A stretch of 64,000 nt of DNA, taken from an uncultured Candidatus Binatia bacterium. GTDB lineage: Bacteria; Desulfobacterota; Binatia; Bin18. A program made the position numbers and the translations under genes. The DNA is taken from positions 1,564,163-1,628,162 of the forward strand of contig OZ241351.1 of the NCBI GenBank assembly GCA_965200355.1. Reading direction: 5' to 3'. Position 1 is the first letter of the stretch. Every line of letters starts with the position of its first letter. Under the pieces are notes generated by a model. The model was not told the DNA's origin, ran no database searches, and worked only from the letters and a program-made list of their open reading frames with translations. This document shows, in pieces, positions 57,531 to 64,000 of the stretch.

Positions 57531-58724
57531 ATGAACCTTTTCGAGAAATGCGCTCGTTTTACGCGTGCTCGGGAGGCTCAAGCAACTGGCTATTATCCGT
57601 TTTTTACACCCATAGAGTCGTCTGAAGGGACTGAAGTCGTCGTGCGCGGTGAGCCCAAGGTGATGATGGGCTCAAATAACTATCTCGGCCTCACCCACCA
57701 TCCAAAGGTGTTGGAAGCCGCTGAGGCCGCTCTCAGGCGCTATGGCAGTGGGTGCACTGGCAGCCGCTTCTTAAATGGGACGCTGGACTTGCACGATGAA
57801 CTCGAAGCGCGTCTGGCTCGTTTTCTCAACAAAGAGGCCGCGCTCGTTTTCAGTACAGGCTATCAGACCAATCTCGGTATCCTGGCAACCCTGATCGGAA
57901 AAAAGGACTATCTCTATCTCGATAAGCTCGACCACGCCAGCGCGGTAGACGGCTCTCAGCTTGCCCACGGGACGGTGCTGCGCTATCCGCACGGAGACCT
58001 CGACGCCCTGGAGCAGCAATTGCACAAGACCCCGGCCAAGGCGGGCAAGCTGATTGTTACGGATGGCATTTTTTCTATGGAGGGCGATATCGCCGACCTG
58101 CCGAGTTTGGCGGCCCTGGCCGAGCAGTACCAGGCCGAGATCATGGTTGATGATGCCCACTCCCTTGGGGTGTTAGGCCAGAACGGTGGCGGGACGGCGC
58201 AGCATTTCGGGGTAGAGGACCGGGTCGGTCTTATTATGTCGTCCTTCTCCAAGTCTCTGGCAGCGATTGGCGGTGTGGTGGCTGGTCCAGAGCCCGTTAT
58301 TCACTATCTGAAGCACCACGCCCGCTCTTTGATTTTCAGCGCCAGTATGCCGCCGCCGTCGGTGGCCACGGTGTTGACCGCCTTGCAGATTATTGAAGAA
58401 GAGCCCGAACGACGGACCGCCCTGTGGCGAAATACGCGCCGGATGCAGGCTGGGCTCAAGCAGCTCGGCTATGACATCGGAACGAGTGACACGCCGGTGA
58501 TTCCTATTATTGTCGGCGATATGTGGCTGATGGGCATGATCTGGAAAGAACTGTTTGACTCCGGCATTTTTACCAACCCGGTTATCCCGCCGGCCGTCCC
58601 TGAGAATTCGTGTCGGATTCGGATTTCCATGATGGCCACCCACACCGATGAACAGATCGACTTTGTCCTAGCGGTCTTTGCCCGTATCCGGCCCCACATC
58701 CAGATGGAAAAAGTTGCGGTGTAG
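57531..58724 (+). CDS. spt: Alpha-oxoamine synthase family enzyme, serine palmitoyltransferase (Spt)-like
   Basis: Start at MNLFEKC with SD GGAGAGGGGG. MMGSNNYLGL and FSKSLAAIGG (PLP-lysine region) are typical of the SPT/KBL/BioF family. Lipid context favours Spt. Confidence 0.7.
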   Translation: MNLFEKCARFTRAREAQATGYYPFFTPIESSEGTEVVVRGEPKVMMGSNNYLGLTHHPKVLEAAEAALRRYGSGCTGSRFLNGTLDLHDELEARLARFLNKEAALVFSTGYQTNLGILATLIGKKDYLYLDKLDHASAVDGSQLAHGTVLRYPHGDLDALEQQLHKTPAKAGKLIVTDGIFSMEGDIADLPSLAALAEQYQAEIMVDDAHSLGVLGQNGGGTAQHFGVEDRVGLIMSSFSKSLAAIGGVVAGPEPVIHYLKHHARSLIFSASMPPPSVATVLTALQIIEEEPERRTALWRNTRRMQAGLKQLGYDIGTSDTPVIPIIVGDMWLMGMIWKELFDSGIFTNPVIPPAVPENSCRIRISMMATHTDEQIDFVLAVFARIRPHIQMEKVAV

Positions 58725-58751
58725 AAGCGTTGCCGCCGTGCCGCGCCAGAG

Positions 58752-59894
58752 ATGCCCAGAGATGTACGGATAGACCCGGTCCGTGACCGGCAGGACTTGC
58801 GCCAGTTCATCCACCTGCCGTGGCAGCTGTATCGGGACGACCCGGCCTGGGTCCCGCCCCTGCTTTTTGATCTGAAAAAACTCCTCTCTCCCAAACGGCA
58901 CCCCTTCCACCAACACGCCGACGTCCAATATCTTCTTGCCCACCTGAATGGGCAGGTCGTGGGACGGATTGCGGCCATTGTCAATCATCGGCATATCCAG
59001 TTTCACAACGAGTCAGTGGGCTTCTTCGGTTTTTTTGAGAGTATTGACGACCAGGGGGTTGCCCAGGCGTTATTAACCAGCGCGGAACACTGGGTCGGCA
59101 CGCACGGGGTGCGGAGCATTCGGGGACCGATGAGTTTCTCGACCAATGAGGAGTGCGGGTTGTTGATTGATGGTTTCAGCACGGCCCCCATGGTGATGAT
59201 GCCCCACCAGCGCCCCTACTACGCCCGCTTGCTCCGCACCGCGGGCTATGCCAAGGCGCGGGACCTGTTGGCGTATTTCATTGATCTGCGGAAAGACGCG
59301 ACTATCCCGGAACGGCTCGTGCATGGGGTGCAACGGCTCCAGCAGAAACAGGCCATCACGATCAGGCAGATTCATTTGGCTCGATTTGAAGAAGAAGTGC
59401 GCCTGTTGCAGGCCATCTACCACAGGGCCTGGGAACATAACTGGGGCTTTGTGCCGATGACTGAGGCTGAGGTAGACCTGCTTGCGGATTCGCTTCGCCT
59501 CGTTGCGGACCCCCGGCTGTGCCTTATTGCCGAATTGGAGAATAAGCCGGTTGGTTTTACCCTCGCCCTTCCAGACTATAACCAGGTCCTCCAGCGCATG
59601 AATGGCCGCCTCTTCCCGTTGGGGGCGCTGAAGTTGCTCTGGTACAAGCGGCGGATTGACGCGCTCCGGGTCCTGTTGCTTGGCACCAATCCAGATGTTC
59701 GGGTACGCGGTCTGGATGCGATGCTGTACCTCAAACTCTGGCAGGACGTGCCGGCCTACGGTTACCGGCGCGTGGAATGTTCGTGGATTCTGGAAGAGAA
59801 TTGGGCGATGCGGCGCGGTCTCGAACGCATGGGCGCGCAGGTATATAAAACTTACCGGATATTCGAGAAAACATTGTCAGCGGGGGACAAGTGA
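58752..59894 (+). CDS. GNAT-fold protein of the bacterial ceramide synthase (bCerS)-like family
   Basis: N-terminal FIHLPWQLYRDDPAWVPPL motif and ~380-aa length resemble the bCerS-type GNAT family. 28-nt gap after spt. Confidence 0.5.
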   Translation: MPRDVRIDPVRDRQDLRQFIHLPWQLYRDDPAWVPPLLFDLKKLLSPKRHPFHQHADVQYLLAHLNGQVVGRIAAIVNHRHIQFHNESVGFFGFFESIDDQGVAQALLTSAEHWVGTHGVRSIRGPMSFSTNEECGLLIDGFSTAPMVMMPHQRPYYARLLRTAGYAKARDLLAYFIDLRKDATIPERLVHGVQRLQQKQAITIRQIHLARFEEEVRLLQAIYHRAWEHNWGFVPMTEAEVDLLADSLRLVADPRLCLIAELENKPVGFTLALPDYNQVLQRMNGRLFPLGALKLLWYKRRIDALRVLLLGTNPDVRVRGLDAMLYLKLWQDVPAYGYRRVECSWILEENWAMRRGLERMGAQVYKTYRIFEKTLSAGDK

Positions 59895-60148
59895 CAGCAG
59901 ACAATCAATGCGGTGCAGGCCGGCGCTTCCTGTATCACTGGTTTCGACGGGAGACGGTGAAGCGCGCCCTGAAAGTGGCCAGTGTCGTGGGACCCATCCT
60001 GACCGTGATCAATCAATATGACCTGCTTTTGAATCTCGAATTCTCTCCTCGGCTCGGTCTCAAGATCGCCCTGACCTTCCTTGTGCCGTACAGCGTTTCG
60101 TCCTATTCGTCCGCCAGGGCCTATATGGACAGAGAGCGTTCCGGCTGA
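59891..60148 (+). CDS. Small hypothetical membrane-associated protein (85 aa)
   Basis: GTGA overlap with the preceding gene. One hydrophobic segment. No recognisable family. Confidence 0.2.
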   Translation: MTADNQCGAGRRFLYHWFRRETVKRALKVASVVGPILTVINQYDLLLNLEFSPRLGLKIALTFLVPYSVSSYSSARAYMDRERSG

Positions 60149-60162
60149 CACCGGCCGCCACG

Positions 60163-60978
60163 CTAGAACGCGGCAAGGGGAGTTGCGAACTCCTGCTCAG
60201 CCTGAGGATTGGCAATCGGGTCGGCGCTCAGGTCCACCTCCTCGGCCGTCCGCATGGTGCCAATGATCCAGTCGGCCAAGACGTTCACCACGTTGAGATT
60301 CTGGTAGGGATAACGATGGTGAATATAGTGATGGGTACGCACGAATCGAAACGCCTGGGTGCGTTCAATCCAGCGGTTGCGAGGGACGTGTATACAATAG
60401 TGAATATACTCGTACAGGGCGTAGTCGAGGGCGAGGGCCAGGAGCCCCCCAACACAGACGGGCCAGCCAAACGCCCAGCCGAAGCCGAGCAGGAGGGGCA
60501 GATGCAGCCCGATGAGCAGGGGCGCATTCCACCACGCAAAGGTGACTTTTTTGGGATCAACTCCAGGCTGGATATGATAGGTCGCGTCAGCCCGGAAGAG
60601 CCCGTGGTGGACGAGGGCGTGAGCCCGGAATGAGTAGGGTAGGGTCAGGGTGTGCATCAGATATTTGTGCAACGCCCATTCAAAAAAGCTGGAATACAGA
60701 ATGAGTCCAATAAAGCCGATTGTGCCCTTTGCCAGTCCCCAGAGAAGCGGTTCCAGTGTCAATGTGTGCTCCCTTTCCTGCGTTCCCCTCCCCCACCTCA
60801 GCTCTTCGCCTCGCGAACAGAGGAAGGACGCGCTGGGGATGCGGTGTGCAATTCGTGCGTGCACGCTCTTGATGAAGTCTTGACTGTATAGAGAAAAGCG
60901 CCCGGCCTGGCAATAGCCTCTCCGTTGGCGCGTGCCGGCTGGACCGTGCTGGTTCCAGGCGGCGGCAGGTGCGATCAT
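60163..60978 (-). CDS. Fatty-acid hydroxylase superfamily protein (sphingolipid/fatty-acid hydroxylase or sterol-desaturase-like); start uncertain
   Basis: His boxes HKYLMH, HALVHHG and HHYIHHRYP in the C-terminal 190 aa. The N-terminal ~80 aa of the ORF are low-complexity, so the true start is probably internal. Confidence 0.6.
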   Translation of the reverse strand: MIAPAAAWNQHGPAGTRQRRGYCQAGRFSLYSQDFIKSVHARIAHRIPSASFLCSRGEELRWGRGTQEREHTLTLEPLLWGLAKGTIGFIGLILYSSFFEWALHKYLMHTLTLPYSFRAHALVHHGLFRADATYHIQPGVDPKKVTFAWWNAPLLIGLHLPLLLGFGWAFGWPVCVGGLLALALDYALYEYIHYCIHVPRNRWIERTQAFRFVRTHHYIHHRYPYQNLNVVNVLADWIIGTMRTAEEVDLSADPIANPQAEQEFATPLAAF

Positions 60979-61055
60979 ACTTGACGCTCGAAGAGAACTT
61001 GCCTAAAGGGTGGAAGCGCCTCAGCCCTATTTGATTACAGCCGGGAGGGTGTCCC

Positions 61056-62186
61056 ATGTCTACACAAGCCGCGATTCCCATGCAGGACTATTTTGTCATT
61101 TCCGCAGACTGCCATGTACTGGAGCCGCCCGACCTCTGGGAAAAGCGGATTGCGGCCAAGTTTCGCCACCGGATTCCGCGTTTGACGGTCGATACCAACG
61201 GGCGGAAATGGCTGGTCGTTGAAGGGCAGGACAAAAAGCGTATCCGCGACTTCACCCTGAGCGGAGAAGATTTAGAGCGGGCCAAGGGCGGGAGTTTCGA
61301 CCTAGAACGGCGGCAGCAGGATTTGGCCAGGGACGGGATTGACGCGGAAGTCATTTATCCCAATCGGGGGCTGCTGATGTGGACCTCGCCTGACCCGGCC
61401 ATGCAAACCGCCATGTGTCGGGTCTGGAATGACTGGGCGATTGAGGTGTTCAGCCCAGCGCAAAAACGCTCCGTCCCCACCGCCGCCATTGCCCCGCAAG
61501 ACGTTGACGCTGCCGTACAGGAGGTCCAGCGCGTTGCCAAGCTCGGCTATAAAACCGTTTTTCTGCCCGTCACCGTTCCAGACCAGCCCTATAATCTCAC
61601 ATTATACGATCCCCTGTGGGCAGCCATTCAAGAAACCGGGATGCCCCTGAGTTTCCACGTGGGAACGGGCAAAGACCCGCGCACCGCCTCGGGCAATGGT
61701 GGTGCGATTATTAACTACGTGGTCCATGCCTTATCAACGGCGATTGATCCGGTGGTCCATCTGTGCGCGTCTGGGGTGTTGGAGCGTTTCCCCGCCCTCA
61801 AGTTTGTGACGGTCGAAGCCGGGATTGGCTGGCTGGCCTGGACACTCTGGGTCATGGACGAGGGTTTTCACAAACACCACTTCTGGATTGCGCCCAAGCT
61901 GTCGATGCCGCCGAGTGAGTATTTTCGCCGTCAAGGCTATGCCACCTTTCAGGACGATCCGGTTGGACTGGAGACGCGCCAATGGATTGGTATTGACCGG
62001 CTCTTGTGGGGGGATGATTATCCGCATCACGAAGGCACTTGGCCGCGTTCACAGGAAGCCATTGACCGGACTATGGGCGATCTCACCGAGTCCGAACGAC
62101 GCCAGGTCTTGGGGCTCAACGCGGCCCAACTATACGGTTTTGATCTGCCCACGGGTCAGCCAGATGCTGAGGAGAGTCGCATATGA
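61056..62186 (+). CDS. Amidohydrolase-2 family metal-dependent hydrolase/decarboxylase
   Basis: SADCHVLEPP...HVGTG...GDDYPHHEG, the TIM-barrel metal-ligand pattern of the ACMSD/LigI-type family. Confidence 0.75.
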   Translation: MSTQAAIPMQDYFVISADCHVLEPPDLWEKRIAAKFRHRIPRLTVDTNGRKWLVVEGQDKKRIRDFTLSGEDLERAKGGSFDLERRQQDLARDGIDAEVIYPNRGLLMWTSPDPAMQTAMCRVWNDWAIEVFSPAQKRSVPTAAIAPQDVDAAVQEVQRVAKLGYKTVFLPVTVPDQPYNLTLYDPLWAAIQETGMPLSFHVGTGKDPRTASGNGGAIINYVVHALSTAIDPVVHLCASGVLERFPALKFVTVEAGIGWLAWTLWVMDEGFHKHHFWIAPKLSMPPSEYFRRQGYATFQDDPVGLETRQWIGIDRLLWGDDYPHHEGTWPRSQEAIDRTMGDLTESERRQVLGLNAAQLYGFDLPTGQPDAEESRI

Positions 62187-63598
62187 GCGCCGGACGGCTT
62201 GAGACGCTACGCCTGGACTGGGGGGAGGCCGAGAAAGCGCCGGCAGACCGGAAGCGCTGGCTGGGCGCGTGGCTGGTCAGCCGAGACGGAGAAGAGAGCG
62301 ACTATTTTTACGACGGTCCCGGCGGGCGGCACACGACACATCGGGTGCCGCCCGAAGCTATCGGCTTTCGCCTGCGGTGGTACCCGAGTGAAAATGAGGT
62401 CAGCATCAACCTTGAACTGGGTCCTATGGCCAGTGTGGTTGACGACTACCTGTTTGCCGAGCCGGCTGGCCCGGATGCCGAGGTGCTGATTGGCGAAGAT
62501 TTTTCCTCCCCGTATGCCTCGCACCAAGGCAAGGACCTGGGGGTCACCACCTGGAAGGGCGAGGAGTGGAAGCGGGGCGGGGGCACGACCTGGGGCTGGT
62601 ATAGCTACGACCCCGAACTGGACCTGTTCTACTACGGGACCGGAAATCCAGGCGCCTGGAATCCAGACCAGCGGCCGGGGGATAATAAGTGGTCGATGAC
62701 GCTGTTTGCCCGGAATCCTGATACGGGCCAAGCCAAGTGGGCGTATCAAATGACCCCGCACGATGCGTGGGATTATGACGGAATCAATGAAAACGTGCTG
62801 ATTGACCTGCCTAATGGAGACGGAAAAGTCCAAAAGGTTCTGGTCCACTTTGACCGCAACGGCTTTGCCTACAAGGTTGACCGGACATCCGGCCGGGTCC
62901 TGGCCGCGGATAAATTTGGCCATGTGAACTGGGCCAAAGAGATTAACCTGGAGACCGGCCGGCCAGTCGAAAACCCCGACAAGCGTACAAAAGAAGGGGT
63001 GAATACGGAAGGCATCTGCCCCGGAGCCATGGGAACCAAGGACCAACAGCCGGTGTCCTATTCACCGAGAACCAATCTTTTTTATGTGCCAACCAACCAT
63101 CTGTGCATGGATTATGAGGGAATGAAAGTCCGCTATATTGCCGGCGTGCCCTATGTTGGCGCGGTTGTCAAAATGTTCCCCGGCCCTGGCGGGCACCGAG
63201 GGGAATTCATTGCCTGGGACCCGGTGGCTGGTGAGAAAAAATGGGGCATTAAGGAAAAATGGTCGGCCTGGAGCGGGGCGCTTTCGACCGGCGGTGATGT
63301 GGTGTTCTACGGGACCATGGACGGCTGGTTCAAGGCGGTCCACGCTGTGACTGGCGAAGAACTGTGGAAGTTCAAAGCCGGCTCTGGCATTATTGGCGCG
63401 CCCATGACCTATCTCGGACCGGATGGCAAGCAGTACGTGGCGATTCTCTCCGGGATCGGTGGTTGGTCGGGTCTCGTCGTTGCCGGCGACCTGTCAACGG
63501 ACGATCCCACCGCGGCGCTGGGTGCGGTGGGCGCATTTGCCGACCTGGGAAAAGACACAAATAAAGGCGGGATGTTGTACGTCTTTGCGCTTGAGTAA
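62183..63598 (+). CDS. xoxF: 5'-truncated PQQ-dependent alcohol/methanol dehydrogenase (XoxF/MxaF-type) lacking signal peptide and N-terminal propeller blades; probable gene remnant
   Basis: C-terminal ~370 aa are collinear with MDH large subunits (WGWYSYDPELDLFYYGTGNPGAWN, PHDAWDYDG, ...GGMLYVFALE). The N-terminal ~100 aa are unrelated and non-secretory. ATGA overlap with the amidohydrolase. Confidence 0.65.
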   Translation: MSAGRLETLRLDWGEAEKAPADRKRWLGAWLVSRDGEESDYFYDGPGGRHTTHRVPPEAIGFRLRWYPSENEVSINLELGPMASVVDDYLFAEPAGPDAEVLIGEDFSSPYASHQGKDLGVTTWKGEEWKRGGGTTWGWYSYDPELDLFYYGTGNPGAWNPDQRPGDNKWSMTLFARNPDTGQAKWAYQMTPHDAWDYDGINENVLIDLPNGDGKVQKVLVHFDRNGFAYKVDRTSGRVLAADKFGHVNWAKEINLETGRPVENPDKRTKEGVNTEGICPGAMGTKDQQPVSYSPRTNLFYVPTNHLCMDYEGMKVRYIAGVPYVGAVVKMFPGPGGHRGEFIAWDPVAGEKKWGIKEKWSAWSGALSTGGDVVFYGTMDGWFKAVHAVTGEELWKFKAGSGIIGAPMTYLGPDGKQYVAILSGIGGWSGLVVAGDLSTDDPTAALGAVGAFADLGKDTNKGGMLYVFALE

Positions 63599-63630
63599 GC
63601 GAGCGTGCTCGACCCGCCGTAAAGCCTCTT

Positions 63631-64000
63631 ATGCTCAACCACGCTGAGGGGGGACGACGAGCAGCCCCCCACGCTGCCGTTTGTCTCACCCTCCTCCTGC
63701 TCCTGTCTGTCCCGTTCCTCTTGGTCACCGCTTGGGCAACCGAGACGGAGGAGGCGACCCAACTGTTGCGTGTTTGTGCAGACCCCAACAATCTGCCGTT
63801 TTCTAATCGGCAGCAAGAAGGGTTTGAGAATAAAATCGCCGCGGTCCTGGCCCGTGGGTTGGGCCGCGCAGTCGCCTATACGTGGTGGCCCCAGCGCCGG
63901 GGATTTCTGCGCAGTACGCTGAACGCCGCTCGGTGTGATGTGGTCATGGGTCTGCCGGCCGATATGGATATGGTCTTAACGACGCAGCCGTATTACCGTT
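63631..64000 (+). CDS. xoxJ: Partial (3'-truncated by window) MoxJ/XoxJ-like periplasmic solute-binding-fold protein associated with quinoprotein dehydrogenases
   Basis: Signal peptide, then LRVCADPNNLPFSN, typical of the MxaJ/XoxJ family. ORF runs off the window end. Confidence 0.5.
   Translation, partial: MLNHAEGGRRAAPHAAVCLTLLLLLSVPFLLVTAWATETEEATQLLRVCADPNNLPFSNRQQEGFENKIAAVLARGLGRAVAYTWWPQRRGFLRSTLNAARCDVVMGLPADMDMVLTTQPYYR

Noticed and set aside
62207-63046. 279-aa minus-strand ORF opposite the PQQ dehydrogenase
   Set aside because: Antisense shadow of a strongly conserved xoxF-type frame.

Overview
High-GC (~63%) chromosomal window from a diderm bacterium (TonB-dependent receptors, MlaA/MlaC, LptFG and MsbA-like genes present). 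It is dominated by membrane-lipid biosynthesis and remodelling. (1) A bacteriohopanepolyol tailoring/transport module: hpnJ, hpnI and hpnK, plus an hpnN–MlaC-like–VacJ-like operon. (2) Embedded in that operon, a split phosphono/sulfopyruvate decarboxylase, a PhnW-like class-V aminotransferase and a LicC-like nucleotidyltransferase, i.e. a 2-aminoethylphosphonate-type module with no PEP mutase in the window. (3) A ChsH1/ChsH2/Ltp2-like hydratase–aldolase module (two MaoC genes, DUF35, SCP-x-type thiolase). (4) A second lipid island with two paralogous IPCT/DIPPS-like CDP-alcohol phosphatidyltransferases, three NTP-transferase-like genes, a DAGK-family lipid kinase and a complete bacterial sphingolipid core (Spt, GNAT-type ceramide-synthase-like, CerR-like reductase, desaturase, hydroxylase). 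Taken together these suggest an undescribed phosphono-sphingolipid (ceramide-AEP-type) and/or phosphono-hopanoid pathway; this is inference only. Housekeeping genes include metH and uvrB. There is a conspicuously decayed Type III R-M locus: res is frameshifted by a perfect 20-bp tandem duplication, mod carries an in-frame TAA near its N-terminus, and mod is split near its 3' end by a ~480-bp cassette encoding a four-helix-bundle (23S-IVS-like) protein flanked by GTGGATAG-type repeats. Other features: a tandem pair of TonB-dependent receptors, one a multi-frameshift pseudogene sharing a 437-bp 100%-identical block with the intact copy; a 20-bp x9.5 tandem array in a divergent promoter; a dispersed 30-bp REP-like repeat family; a low-GC islet with an orphan amino-methyltransferase; a fused LptF–LptG permease; and a 5'-truncated xoxF-type PQQ dehydrogenase next to xoxJ. 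No rRNA, tRNA or CRISPR were recognised. All calls are from reading the sequence and ORF track; no searches were run.
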